From positions 1-50,623 of the forward strand of contig NW_024705374.1 in the NCBI RefSeq assembly GCF_018977255.1: a stretch of DNA of 50,623 nt, read 5' to 3'. Under the pieces are notes generated by a model. The model was not told where the DNA came from. It searched no databases and was given only the letters and a program-made list of their open reading frames with translations. The position numbers were made by a program, and so were the translations under genes. The stretch's first letter is position 1, and every line of letters begins with the position of its first letter. This document shows, in pieces, positions 9,934-22,282 of the stretch. This stretch comes from Callorhinchus milii. Lineage: Eukaryota.

Positions 9934-11715
9934 CTAACGAAACGGAAGAGATTTCGACCGCGTACGCGACGCAGGACCCTCTTCGTTTTTCGCGCATGGT
10001 CGCCTCGCCGCCCGATCTGCAGGAGGTGGTTGCCGTGGAGAAGAAGAAGAAGAATGTTCGGTTTCGGTCGTATCTGGGATAGGTCCCGTTGGAGGAGGGA
10101 CGTCCGGGGTCTCGTTGTCCCTCAAAACCTGTTCATCTGCGGGGGGTACAACACAGCCCCGCTGGGGATCAACGGGCGAGGCAAGTGGCACATTCGGCAC
10201 GCCAGACCCCGGCAGGTCAACAAGTGGAGATGAGGGGCCAGCACGCGGGTCAACGTAGGGTTTGAGTCGCGACGAATGGACATACCAACGACGTTGGCCG
10301 TACTGGATGCGAACACTCTGGGGGTTCCGAATGTCCACCAGCCTCACAGGCCCCCGCCAAGGCCTGTGCAGTTTAGGGGACGTTCCCACTGGCACCTGAG
10401 GGCAATGGAGCCATGCCAGATCGCCCACCGACCAGGGCATGTCAGTTCGCGATCGACGCGCATACCTCTCGTTCCTTGCCTGCGTACGGGCCGTCGCACA
10501 TCTGGCGGCCTCTCGCGCCTCTGTAACCCGTTTAAGCGAGTCCCGTACGTGATCAGGCAAGGAAGGGGACGGTTGTTTACCCGCCGTACCCAGTTGCACA
10601 TCAATCGGGGGTACATTCTCACGGCCATACATCAGGAAAAATGGCGAATATCCTGTGGACGCGTGCGGAACCATGCGGTATGCCGCCAGGACGCCCGGTA
10701 TGTGCAAGTCCCAATCGGTTTGTTTTTCACTTACCGTGTGACAAAGCATGGCCGAAAGGGTGCGGTTAAACCGTTCCACCATGCCATCCGTTTGCGGATG
10801 GTAAGGGGAAGTGCGGATTTTCTTTGTGCCCAGCGCAGTGCATACATCCTTGAGCAATTTGGAGGAGAAGTTACGTCCCTGATCCGTGAGCAGCCCTTCG
10901 GGTGCTCCTTTATCCATGACATAACCATTCAAGAAAGCCTCGGTGATGGACGCGGCCGTTTGGTCAGGCAGAGGCCAGGCCATAGGCCATCGAGAAAAAT
11001 ATTCGACCCCGACCAAAAGGTATTTGTTTCCCCTAGCCGATGGAGGGAACGGGCCCAGGATGTCCAGAGCAACTAGTTCATTGATACGGGATACCTCAAT
11101 CGAACGTAGTGGCGGAACATAATGTTGCCGAGGCGGTTTCCTCTTCGCACAATCATGGCATGACCGGACAAAGTCAGTGACATCTGCCGTCATGCCGGGC
11201 CAAAAGAAATCCTGCTGCATCGCGGCCAACGTTTTCTGCACGCCGAGGTGCATCAATTTGTCAGCGTGCAGAGCGCGGAGCAGGTCGTGGCGAAGGGATG
11301 TCGGCACGACCAGGCGTGAACGGTCAGACAATCCATCAGTACACATCAATAGTCCCGCCTGGCCCCGGAACATCTGCCATTTCCATCCCGCCAAATGAGC
11401 TCTCGGTTTCCCGATCAGTTTCCGCAGCGGAGCCAGAGAGGCATCGGCCTCCTGCTCGCGTAGCCACACCGAGTGCGGCAAACGCAGTGTATCGTCGGCG
11501 CCAACGGGTACATCCTGGCCTTCATCGTTCGACATTGCCCCCATAACCGGACAGGGCGAGGTAGGCAGCGCTGCACAGCGGTGCGTACCCGTCAGACAGG
11601 CGCAGGGAGGAGTGGGTGGCAACCTGGAGAGAGCGTCCGCGTTGGCATGGCGAGTACCCTTGCGGTACGTGATATCGAAGGAAAATTCCTGTAACGATTC
11701 CAACCACCGAGCCAA
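9934..11715 (-). CDS. Gypsy pol C-terminal segment: RNase H end plus integrase
   Basis: 593-aa ORF with HHCC (LHADKLMHLG...CHDC), DDE core (ALDILGP, LTDQGRNF, MVERFN) and a GPY/F-like WRGP motif. Confidence 0.9.
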   Translation of the reverse strand: MARWLESLQEFSFDITYRKGTRHANADALSRLPPTPPCACLTGTHRCAALPTSPCPVMGAMSNDEGQDVPVGADDTLRLPHSVWLREQEADASLAPLRKLIGKPRAHLAGWKWQMFRGQAGLLMCTDGLSDRSRLVVPTSLRHDLLRALHADKLMHLGVQKTLAAMQQDFFWPGMTADVTDFVRSCHDCAKRKPPRQHYVPPLRSIEVSRINELVALDILGPFPPSARGNKYLLVGVEYFSRWPMAWPLPDQTAASITEAFLNGYVMDKGAPEGLLTDQGRNFSSKLLKDVCTALGTKKIRTSPYHPQTDGMVERFNRTLSAMLCHTVSEKQTDWDLHIPGVLAAYRMVPHASTGYSPFFLMYGRENVPPIDVQLGTAGKQPSPSLPDHVRDSLKRVTEAREAARCATARTQARNERYARRSRTDMPWSVGDLAWLHCPQVPVGTSPKLHRPWRGPVRLVDIRNPQSVRIQYGQRRWYVHSSRLKPYVDPRAGPSSPLVDLPGSGVPNVPLASPVDPQRGCVVPPADEQVLRDNETPDVPPPTGPIPDTTETEHSSSSSPRQPPPADRAARRPCAKNEEGPASRTRSKSLPFR

Positions 11716-11737
11716 TTGCCCGATGGTTGGTCCAATT

Positions 11738-13714
11738 TCAACGAATATTGCAAGGCCGCGTGGTCAGTGCGCACGAGGAATTTCCTTCCATACAGGTACG
11801 GCCGGTACTGGCGAACAAAATGTACGATGCTAACAGTTCCCGTCGCGTCACGCAATATCGCGTTTCGGCAGGGGACAGAACCCTGCTGCCGTATGCCACC
11901 ACTCGCTCGACTCCGTCTTTCCGTTGCGACAAAACGGCTCCTATGCCGATATCGCTAGCATCCGTGTCAAGGATGAACGGCTGGGAAAAGTCTGGGTAGT
12001 CGAGCGTAGGCGCCGTGGCGAGGTGATCCCGAAGAGATTGAAAAGAGCGTTCCTCTTCCGGGCCCCATTTAAATCTCTGATTTTTCCCCGTCAGAACATG
12101 CAGTGGCTTAGCCAGTGTCGCGAAGTTCTTAACAAAACGGCGATAGTAGGATGCGAACCCAATAAACCGCCGTACGTCGCCCACTGAAGTGGGCGTGGGC
12201 CACTCTCGGACACACTCCGTTTTCTGAGGGTCCGTGGACACACCGTCCGAACTGACGATGTGACCCAAGTATCGGACGGACCGTTGCAAAAGGTGGCATT
12301 TCTTTGGTTTAAATTTTAGGTCAGCCGAGCGCATCCTCTGAAAGACAGTCTCCAGGCGTTGGAGGTGTTCCTCGAACGTGCGGCTGAATACGATGATATC
12401 GTCCAAATATATGAGGCATGTTTCCCACTGCAGCCCCCCAGCACCAGTTCCATCAGGCGTTGGAACGTCGCCGGTGCCGCATTCAAGCCCATAGGTAAAC
12501 GGTTAAACTCAAAGAGGCCTTGTGGCGTGCGGAACGCCGTTTTTGGTTTTGACGCGTCATCGAGGGGAAGCTGCCAAAACCCAGACGACAGGTCGAGGGT
12601 GGAGAAAAAATTTGCCCCTGACAAAGCGTCCAATGAGTCGTCCATCCGTGGCAAGGGGTATGCGTCTGCCACGGATATCTTATTCAATCGGCGGAAATCT
12701 ACACAAAACCTCGTTCCACCATCTTTTTTCTTAACCAGCACCACCGGCGCGCCCCAAGGACTGTTGGACGGCGAAATAATATCAGCCGCCAACATATCGT
12801 CCACCGCGCCGCGCACGTGTTCCCTTTCAGCAGGGCTCATGCGATGCGGGTGCATACAAATCGGTCCCCCGCACCGGTGTCAATATGGTGCGACAAGAGC
12901 GAGGTATGGCCGAGATCCAAATCGTTTTTACTGAAAACGTCAGCGTACTCTAACAACAATGAATGCAAAGCGCTCCTTTGCGTGGTCGACAAAGACGTAT
13001 TTTCCCCGCACAAATCCGCGATCCATCGATCCTGTGAACGATCGCATCGAGGTCCATCAGCGGCTATTTTAGTGGGTGGTTTACCCTCAAAGCTGGTGAA
13101 ATCGGTAGTGGCGTGAGCCAATACCGATCCAGCCGGAACGACGACCCGGTTCGGGCCCCCATTCAACACTTGTATGAACGGGGCCTGACCCGGCCGAACG
13201 ATAGTTTGAGCCGCTACCAGGGAAAAAGATTTAGCCACCGAATTCGACGGGGATAACAGCACACCCGTCGCACCGTCCGCAGCATCCAAAGGCTTTCGGT
13301 AACGCAGCGGAATAAGCATTTGCGAGCCCGACGGCACCTCTACCGTGGCAGCAACAATCGCGTTAACTGCGTTACCCGGGGGCGAACGGCCCAGCAGGGA
13401 AGGCAGGAACGACATCCTACGGCCCCCTGGCATTTCTAAGCAACCTTGGTCGACAAGTATCTTAACTGGCATGCGGCGCAAGAAATCGGTGCCTAATAGG
13501 CATGGGACGGCCAGTGAGCGAGAAATCAACACTGGTCCCTCCGCGGTAATATTCCGATAGCAATGCGCACATCAACTTGCCCGAAAATACCCATGCTACC
13601 CCCATTAGCAGCAACACACGCGTCATTAACCGGTCGGATCCGTGACGTGGGAATAGACAGGAGATGAAAAATGACATCGGAAATGATGGTGGCAGACGCG
13701 CCTGTGTCCACCAA
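11738..13714 (-). pseudogene. Gypsy pol N-terminal segment: protease, RT and RNase H, split by frameshifts
   Basis: VDTGASATII (protease), FCVDFRRLN, LPMGL..APATFQR, MDDIIVFS (RT) and ILDTDASDIGIGAVLSQ (RNase H) across ORFs 13526-13714, 12837-13532, 12316-12855 and 11738-12406. Confidence 0.88.
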
Positions 13715-15337
13715 AATACGGACATCGATCCATCGATGGTACCTCGTACCGTCGATGAGCCCGACGCGGCAGCTACCACCCTACGGGCCAATTTTTTCCA
13801 TTGTGTCGTAGAGTGTGGCATCGACACAGGTGTACAACAATTTCCGTCCGGAGCGCAAACATGTGTGCGAGTGGATGGGTGATGTGACAAGACCTGCCGG
13901 GTGTCCGATTTGTGCCGACTCGCCCGAGGGTGTCGTGGATCCGCGTCCGGTGGAGGAGATGGAAGCCGACCCGACGGGAGCTGAGAAGGCAGAGGTCGGC
14001 AGCGGCAATCCCGGGCGAAATGGCCCCGTCGGCCACACTTGAAGCACGTGGCCGTCGTCGCCCGGCGGTCGCTCGTCCCGGCCCTGCACGTGGTTGACCC
14101 GTATCATCACGCTGGTCGCGCAGCCGGCGTCTCGGGACCCAGCGAGGAACAGCAGCCATCACCTCGTCGTCGCCGGAGTCATCGGAGCAGTGGACGACCC
14201 GCCGTGGAGACCACCTCAACGGTGGACCGTCTATTTGGGGATTCCCCGTCCATGCCGCCATCTGATCCCATCGCTTCAGATTGAACTTAGCGTCCAAGCA
14301 GCGCGCCACCCATCGCGACGTGAGCGGTTCGTGGCCGCATACCGGCAACGAGATGTTCAGTTCCTGGGATAGCTCCAGCATTCGGGAAAGGATGAGAGGA
14401 TCCAGGAGATCAGCCGATGAGTCGGGGTAGGCGGCCATGGCCAAAGCTAACAGTGCCCCCCGTAGGCCAAGGGCGATTCCTCTGGTCCTCGACGACGTGA
14501 CATATATTTTCTGGTAGCCGCCGTCGGCGGGTCGTAAAACTCCGCCATTTCTGTGAAAGCATCACGAGCGTCTTCTTCTTGGTCGCCGGGATGGATCGGA
14601 AGACCGCCAGGGAGACATCATCCAGCAGCGTGGGCAGCGCCTCCAGTGCCTCCGCCTCCGTCCATCGAACGGATCTAAAGGCCGACTCCAAGCACCACGT
14701 GAAGGCACTCCAAGTGCCCCCAGCGATAAATTCCTTGATTCGAGGAAGGCGATGTCCGCGGTGAATGTCCGACGCCTCGAGCGTCTCCATTCCCGCTTCC
14801 CGCGTTCTTCGCGGCTCCATCAAAATGGCGTCCGGCGGCCACGTGGCGACAGCCCGCCAAATGGCGTCCGGCCGCTTGCAGCAGCCCCTCCCAAGATGGC
14901 GTCCGGCGGCTCCATCGCAGCCGCCCCGCCCAAGATGGAGGCCTCTCCCCGCGCGGCAGGAGCAATGGCGGATGTCGATTCCCGCTGAAATTCCTGGTCA
15001 TCGGCACTCGGCTGAAACCCACGTGGCCGACCAGGGCCGCTGAGATGCGACCGCCGTCACCAGATTCAGCAAAATCGCGCGGAGCGACTCGATCTGCTCC
15101 GCCATTAGCCGCCATCCCTCGTCCGCCATCGAGGCCGTCGCTTCTGCAGCCTGTCGGCGATGAGCGGCGCCGAGGAGAGCAGCAGCCGGAGGCAAAGGAG
15201 CCCCAGCTCCCAGCAGTTCATCCTCGTCCGCCTCAACTTCTTCCTCCGACGGAGGGTCCGGTGGGTTGTTCTTCCTGAGGTACTTGGACATCTTGAAGGA
15301 TCGTCCAAACGGTCTCAGAAGATACTTCTGACACCAA

Positions 15338-15821
15338 TGTAATAAAGCTCGTTGAGGCGACTTTTGGAATTCGTCTTTTATTCCACTTATCTTACAGTTA
15401 CTCACGCTACTGATAGGCAGCGTGAAGGGACAGATATAGAGAGAGAGACGCACTGCCACGTGGCAACTCGGAGCCCCGCTCCCGCGTGGCCTCCCTCCTC
15501 TGTTCGTTCCCATTCTGACCACGTGTCGTTCGTCTCCACCCCTATTTAATACCCGGGTCACGTGGTACGTTTCCGCCAATCCTCGTTAGCCTGCATGGAA
15601 TCTTCCAGGCTCCCTCGTCATCTCCCGGGACCACGCCCCTGACTCATCTCCCCATTGGCTGTGGCCAAAGCCAGCAGAACCAATCCTTATAGCTGTCACC
15701 TTTCCATCACGTCAGGGCCATGCCCCCAGGCTTCCCCCATTGGCTGTAAACCAGGACCGGCAGAGCCAATCACCATGACGAGTTGTGATACATCAGTGAC
15801 CGGATATATCCTCATATTACA
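15338..15821 (-). repeat. 5' LTR of the Gypsy element
   Basis: Near-identical to 9225-9707; followed by the PBS on the minus strand. Confidence 0.93.
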
Positions 15822-15825
15822 CATG

Positions 15826-16172
15826 GATTGACCGCTAAGAACCAGAAGTTCAAAAGGGGAGAGGAAGAGGAGGTCGCTTTCGTCACAGTAGGCGACCGCC
15901 TCTCCAACGTGCCCCCTTTGGCTTATCCTCACTTCTCCCTGCCCTTCATCCTAGACATAGACGCTAGTGACCTGGGTATAGGGGCTGTCCTGTCTCAGGT
16001 GAAGAATGCAGTCGAGATGGTCATTGCCTATGCTAGTTGCATCCTGTCGCCGGCTGAGCAGCGGTATTGTGTTACTTGGCAGGAGCTGGTGGCAATGGTC
16101 TGCTTTGTGCAGTATTACAGGCCCTACCTTTATGGCAGGGATTTCGTGGTCCGCACTGACCATGCGGCCGCT
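15826..16172 (+). mobile_element. Older Gypsy RT/RNase H fragment, part 2
   Basis: Continues the 9224 frame across the CATG TSD (KPLH|GLTAKNQKFK) to FILDIDASDLGIGAVLSQ...VRTDHAA. Confidence 0.85.
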
Positions 16173-16364
16173 CAGGGTTTACCGGCTGAGTCAGGGGCGG
16201 GGGGGGGGGGGGTAGCGTGACGTAATGCCCTAGGTAACGGCCGTGAAACGTTTGAAAATCGAAAGGTAGGCGCCCGATTGGCTGTGCAGGATGATGTCAC
16301 ATAACCCTGAATTTTCGGAATCCCAGGGCAAAAAAGGGGGGAGCGAAAAATTATAAAGGAACTT

Positions 16365-16546
16365 TCTAGATTTGAAATTTTCGTGACTGCAAGGATCCAT
16401 ACTCTTGGTTCTTTCGGTAAAGTCATGTAGGTAAATAAAATAACAAATAATAAATGATAAATAAAATAAAAGATTAATAACATTTTATTTATATTTATCT
16501 TTTATTTTATTTATTATTTTATTTACCTACGTGACTATACCGAAGG
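16365..16546 (-). mobile_element. Short fold-back Penelope pLTR remnant
   Basis: Same CTTTCGGTAAAGTCA / GTGACT(T/A)TACCGAA inverted motifs as the other copies; 12-bp TSD ATAAAGGAACTT at 16353-16364 / 16547-16558. Confidence 0.8.
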
Positions 16547-17097
16547 ATAAAGGAACTTCTCCTACAGCCATTCAGCCATCTAGACCGACTCCCAGCTGCT
16601 CGCAACATCCGTGAGACGCTAACAAGTGCCGCTACGAGTTGACCCTAGGCAGAGCCCTCTCTGATCGCCGTCTATCCGACTCCCACCGCGTCCGTGCGAC
16701 ACCGTGAGTGCGTCTGTGAGGTGAGTAATAGAGTGGGGGTACACATAAGGGATTGGGTAGTAATAGGTTAGGCGCTGCTCGTACAATATTTGCTCCGGGC
16801 CGTACAGGGTTTTTCTTTAAACGCGCCGTTAATAAACTTTAGAATAGAGTATCGGTGCAGTGTGATTTGTGTGTGTGGGTGAAACGTCAGCGTGGTGTTG
16901 GTAATTTGAGTGTTTGCGAGGCGCGCGCGCGTATTAAAACATAGACGGCCGCTGACGCGCCCGCGTCCGAGCAGCCGTGCTGCGCGAGTATTAAGGCGGG
17001 GGCGGGGTGTGTTAAACTCGCTCGCCAACGCTCGCTCTTGTTTACGCAGCAGCAATAGCATTAACGGCGAGGCGCGTGCGCAACTTCGCGCAGTCCT

Positions 17098-17285
17098 TTA
17101 GCGCTAGCCTTTGTGTGCAAGCGGTTTAGGGCTTAACCCACTGGAGGTGTGCACGCATATTCATACTTCCGTTTCATTTTTTAGCGCTAGCCTTTGTGTG
17201 CAAGCAGAATAGGGCTTAACCACCCAGAGGTTTGCGCGCATATTCATACCGCCGTTTTCATTAGCGCTAGCCTTTGTGTAAAACG
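17098..17285. repeat. Tandem repeat, ~80-83 bp unit, 2.3 copies
   Basis: TTAGCGCTAGCCTTTGTGT starts at 17098, 17181 and 17261. Confidence 0.85.
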
Positions 17286-17981
17286 AACGCCTGTAGCGGC
17301 GCGCGTGATTTCGCGCGTGCGTGGGAAATACGCGCCTGCAGAGGCGCGCGCGTGCACGCCACCGCGTTTGCTTTTGTGGTGGTGTACGTGGACGTGTGCG
17401 AGATAACCCCGGGTGGTGGTGAGCCAGCCAATAAGCTCTGTCCCTCTGAGAGGGCGTTGGCGCGGGGGGGGGGCGATCACTCGATTGGCGGGGGCCCGGC
17501 GAGAGGCGGCCGACGAGGCGGAATGGGGAGGAGTGAAGGGGGAGGACGTCGCGCCCCGCCCGCTCAGCGGAGCGGGGAGGCGGGCGTCGGCCCCCACATT
17601 TTTTTATTTATAAAAATGTGATTTACAGTAAAAGTAATTGTATCGTGAAAGAATTGACGTCACATCAAAATGCGCAACTTTAAATAAATATAAACAACAC
17701 ATTCTACTTAATTAAATATACTTTTTAATAAATGTTTTCTCCTACAACATCAGAGTGCAGCGCCACATTAAATACGCACGACAATGACAATACAGTAGTT
17801 TAAAGCGATTCGAAGCATGTTTTCTTTTTGGGGGTGGGGGGCACAGCTTTGTGACGTCATATTTGAGGGGGGGGGGTCTGATTTTTTTGTGGCGCCGTGT
17901 ATCATTTATGTCTTTTGGATGATATTGCAAATGTCGAACGAAAATCGAGCTTCAAACGTGGAACATCCCAGTTGTAATTGG

Positions 17982-18093
17982 CAGAGGTGGGACAAGTCAT
18001 TGTTATGCAAGTCCAAGTCGAGTCTGAAGTCATCAAATTCATGACTCGAGTCTGACTCGAGTCCAAGTCACATGACTCGAGTCCACACCTCTG
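17982..18093. mobile_element. hAT-type MITE, 112 bp
   Basis: TIRs CAGAGGTG / CACCTCTG, perfect 8-bp TSD GTAATTGG (17974-17981 / 18094-18101), internal GACTCGAGTC repeats. Confidence 0.9.
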
Positions 18094-18446
18094 GTAATTG
18101 GTGAATGCATCATCCAGTGAACTTATGTATATTGAAGCTCTTTTTCACAGATGTCCAGTCGGATGTTGTGTAATGGGAGGCTGGCCCGGTGTAAGTAAAC
18201 ACGGTTTAATGAAAAACTCATAAACGCTGACACAAGTTAAAACTAAGGGGCTTGTTGACAAAACGACCTTTGCCACGGGGGATGGGGAAAGAGGAAGGGA
18301 GGATCTTTCAAGCGCTCCCTATAGGGAACCCACAAAACTGCATTTCCCAAACTCGTGTCCCCTGCAGGATAGCAGCAGCATCAACACCACGGACACTCAC
18401 GCTCCCCTTGCCAACAACACCATCTCCATTGCCAACCAGCCACGAG

Positions 18447-18503
18447 ATGGCTGCTCTCAACAACACCTCGGTCGTCGTGTACGCGGCCAAAGACCTCCGG
18501 CTG
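18447..18503 (+). CDS. SORD: Sorbitol dehydrogenase exon 1 (MAALNNTSVVVYAAKDLRL)
   Basis: ATG in GAGATGG context; resembles human NNLSLVVHGPGDLRL; donor GTGAGT at 18504. Confidence 0.88.
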
Positions 18504-19889
18504 GTGAGTAACCGGCCGTAGCGAGGGTTGGTAAGAAACTCGAGCACGGGGAGACTCTCTCAGATCCCCCGCCGGCTTGCTGAGGCTGCTCGCCCTGCCG
18601 GTTTCGCGCCGCCTGCATCGGTAGAGTGAGCCAGGCCGGCCCGGGGAGGGAGGTCCCGGGGGGTTTGACGTTGATGGGCAGCGGTGGTGTAAGTTTGGTT
18701 GATGCTGAACCACGGCTGCGTAGGCTGGGCCGTGCGGGGTGAGTTGTGTTTTTGAGCTCTGTGTATTGTCGCGTTGCACGTTCATGCGATCAGCTGAAGT
18801 AAACGATGCGGCTGTCGACTGTAAGTACTGCCACTCTCAGTGCATTCTTGTCCTACGAGAGACGCGTGCACAGGGATACCCCAACAGTTGACGTAAATGT
18901 CAACTGGACTGATTCTCTTCGTGCGAGTCGCTCCCATTGCTTGTCTGTCTTGGTCACCGTGTATTTCTCTATCTCTGTACTGTATACTGTATATATCTTT
19001 TTTGTCTATGCCTCTCTTACTCGTATCTGTCTCCGTGCCCCTCTTCATATAGAGTAATCTAATTTATCTCTCCATGTCTCCCGTCTCTCTGCGTCTCACT
19101 CTCTCTCCCATATATCCGTCTTGTCTACACGTATCTGTGTTTCACTCGCATCGTCTCAGTTTCTCCCGCTCACAGTCTCTTGTTTCTCCTCGTGTCTTCC
19201 GCGACTGTCTCTCGGGCCGCCCTACTGAGTATTATGTACTGAGTATGCAGGTTGGCAGTATTTGTTGTCAGTTTCGGAGCATGGGCCAAAAATGTCAAGC
19301 GGCCAACAACAAATAGCACGAGTAATAATATGCAAGCGTTGACACGTCTCTGTGAGCAAAGCTTGGAAGAAATAAACGATGGGAGGGAATTCCAGAGTGG
19401 AGCAGTGTGAGGGAAGAAGCAGAGAGAGGAACGTGTTTGTGACCTGCAGTGTGATTAGTGGGTGAGTGAGTGAGTGAGTGAATGGTTGAGTGGGTGAGTG
19501 AATCTTATCTTAAAGGAATTTATATAGCACTTTAACCAAGGAATTAACAATGGTACATGTGAATATAATGGTCGAGATGAGGTGAATGAAAGAGACGAGA
19601 GGAAGCAATGGGGGAAAATCTGTGATGCGCGAATTCGGTGAAAGTTAAATTGATGGCAGTAAATAATGATGAATGAATTGAATGAATGGGGAATGAGTAA
19701 AAGCCATATGGGAATATGAAGAGGAAAAATAATGAATGATGGATCTGGTGGTTGAACATGGCATGGATAAGTCCAATCAGTCTAAACTAAACTTCATATT
19801 TGTTACCAGGTAAGGCCAAAGTAATAGCTCAACGAAGTGGCTTATCACATGGAAATTTCGAGCAGCCAAATACTCCAAACGCGTGATGT

Positions 19890-20035
19890 TGATTCTAAAT
19901 GTGGAGGGAAAAACCAGAGGACCCAGAGAAAAATCCACGCAACCATGGGGAGAGAGACATGCAAACTCCAAATATACAGCAGCAGGCGTTCGGGTTGGGG
20001 TTGAACTCCATGACCTGTGTCAGCCACCGTGTCAG
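19890..20035 (-). mobile_element. V-SINE-like element
   Basis: Minus strand TGGAGTTTGCATGTCTCTCTCCCCATGGTTGCGTGGATTTTTCTCTGGGTCCTCTGGTTTTTCCCTCC resembles the V-domain core. Confidence 0.65.
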
Positions 20036-20852
20036 CCCGGTGGAGACTGTGTCCTCAACATGGGGGGTGGAGGAATCAAGGAGTGACTTTCATGAGAAAC
20101 CGTAACAATGGTAGAAGAGGAATAAGAGTGCTAAGGAGGTGAATAACCACTGTGTAACAAAACAAATTGTTCCTGGTAGTGTTATTTCCAAAAGCAAAGT
20201 TTGTGGGGAATAATAGCCACTTTCTATACTTTTTAGGCATAAGCAATAAAAAAAAACAACAACACTTCGTACCCAGGAACAAAATTTGTGTTACATAGTG
20301 ATATAATGATCACCATTGCTCAACAAAGTACTCAATAGACAGAACCGGGGTAAATGTAGCCGAGTTTGAGTTGGCACAGACCAGGAGTAATCATTATGTT
20401 TGCGTTGATGGATTGTTCCAGTCAACCGAGTGGGCGAGATTAATGACTTATTACAGCGATTTAAGCTTCATACAGCACCCAGTCTTTTACGCGTGGTGAA
20501 AAAATCATCAACAGTTACTGAAGAACGGAATTCTGGTTCTCTTGTCTTAGATCACCATGAAATCAATTCGAGAAAATGTGACCCAACTAATAGGCAAGCA
20601 TTGAGACAGAGACAACTGTCGACTGGTTTCATCCTTAACAGGACTAATCAGTACAAGAGTCGGCATGCATGATTTAATACAGTTTTTTTTCCTGCCTGCA
20701 CTGTTGTTTTCTATTTATGATGGGGGTTTCTCATCGGGTACAGAATTGAATAGTGGTTAGAGCATAGCCACAGGCTTGTGAGCATTTTACAATCAGGCTG
20801 CGTTCTTCACTGCTGTGGGTACACTCTCTCTTCCTTGACTCTGCGTACGCAG

Positions 20853-20886
20853 GTGAACCGGGAAATGCCTGTGCCGGGCCCCAACG
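20853..20886 (+). CDS. SORD: Sorbitol dehydrogenase exon 2 (VNREMPVPGPN)
   Basis: 34-nt exon flanked by CAG and GTAAGA; matches human ENYPIPEPGPN and keeps frame with exons 1 and 3. Confidence 0.85.
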
Positions 20887-21243
20887 GTAAGAGCCGAATC
20901 GCAACCATGAAACCACCCATCCGTCCAGCAGTGGAAAAAGTAGAGAGGTATCTAGGAAATCATCCTTTCCCCACCATCTCGGTGATTCCTTGAGTTGTCA
21001 AAGGCATACATCTGAATGGTAGCGCCTCTAGTGGCTGAACGTTTATATTGTCTAACCGTGTGAGAACTCTCGAGAGATCAGGAGAATAGTCTCACTTGGA
21101 AGAAATGACCTTGGTCAACAAAAAGGATGAAAGGAAAATAAATTAAATAAAGCACAGGAATGGTGCAATGTGAACCATTGATTGTAAGATGCACTGCAAA
21201 TGCGTGCTCAGTGTCAAGTTATACAAATCTGGTCTCACACATG

Positions 21244-21953
21244 TGTAGTGGTCTTCAAAATTACTCGCACTGACACGTTGTAACAAGTCATCTGCTTACA
21301 CTTTATTCACCTATTCTTGCACCAGTTCTAGGCACACCTATAACTATCTGGACGGTCACATATCAACTTCTCCCCGCTCCTATCTATTCTGCACCTCACT
21401 TATCCTGCACTCAGCAGCTCTGTTCTCAGCGACTCCGCACACAGCGTCTTCGCATTCAGAGACTCTGCACACAGCAACTTCGCATCTCCACCGTTGCCCT
21501 CACCTAAGCTCCCTCAGACCCGCTCACCCATCTGTCCCGGGCGGGGGGTTCAGCCAACTCCCGGCCGGCGACGGCGTGAGGGTTGAGATCCCGTTGACGG
21601 CTGGAGCTGCAGCGGTGAGATGTCTTCACTCTTGGTTTCCGGAAACAACTCCAAACTCTCATACACACTCGCGCTTATATCACCCTGCTCATCCCGATCC
21701 CTCACGTGCTTCAACTTAAGCTGCCACCAGGCTGGCGCCAGTTGCCCCATTCATCTCTTATCACCCGTCATCTCCCATTTCCTAGGCGTCAACCTCCGGT
21801 CACAGCGTAGCACCTGTTTGACCTCGGTTGCACTCGCTTCTCCCCTTAATAACGGGCTGTTTGTCTGTGCAAACCTCATGTTGCAACACGCACATCTGTT
21901 CGACCTCAGTTGCACCGCTTAACTGTACGCACCGTGAATTTCTCCCCTCTACA
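21244..21953 (-). mobile_element. Solo LTR (different family)
   Basis: TGTAG...CTACA termini, TSD CATG (21240-21243 / 21954-21957), minus-strand AATAAA near 21302. Confidence 0.75.
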
Positions 21954-22282
21954 CATGTACACCTAACTGGATTATAAGACACATCACCAACTTTTGTTTT
22001 CAAATACAAGGGGAGGGGGATACATCTTATAACATGAATAATATAACACAAACAACATATACCAATTCACAATGGGTTTTTTTTGTTTCAGTATAGTTGG
22101 TATATTCCCCATGTTTATTCCCAGTTCTCTTCAACGTTCCGTCATGCAACAAATAATCCATGTGGAGATCTCACAGAGCGATTGACACTGACCCGTATTT
22201 CTCAGAATGGCCATGCTAGCTTGGAAGCTTTAGTCGGGGTATTCACCTTGGCCTCAAGTAGGCAAATACAAAACTCCCCCGT

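Larger units (their letters stand above)
9225..15821 (-). mobile_element. Full-length Ty3/Gypsy LTR retrotransposon (gag-PR-RT-RNaseH-IN), frameshifted as assembled
   Basis: LTRs 9225-9707 and 15338-15821 (TG...CA, nearly identical), TSD CATG 9221-9224 / 15822-15825. PBS TGGTGTCAGAAGT (plus 15324-15336) is complementary to the tRNA-Leu 3' end, and a G-rich PPT lies at ~9710-9726. Domain order PR-RT-RH-IN. Confidence 0.96.

Noticed and set aside
10276..11076. 266-aa plus-strand ORF and other antisense ORFs over the Gypsy elements
   Set aside because: Shadow ORFs opposite GC-rich pol coding sequence.
21059..21239. TGTGAGA...TCTCACA segment as another solo LTR
   Set aside because: Short, and the flanks do not give a matching TSD, so it is not supportable.
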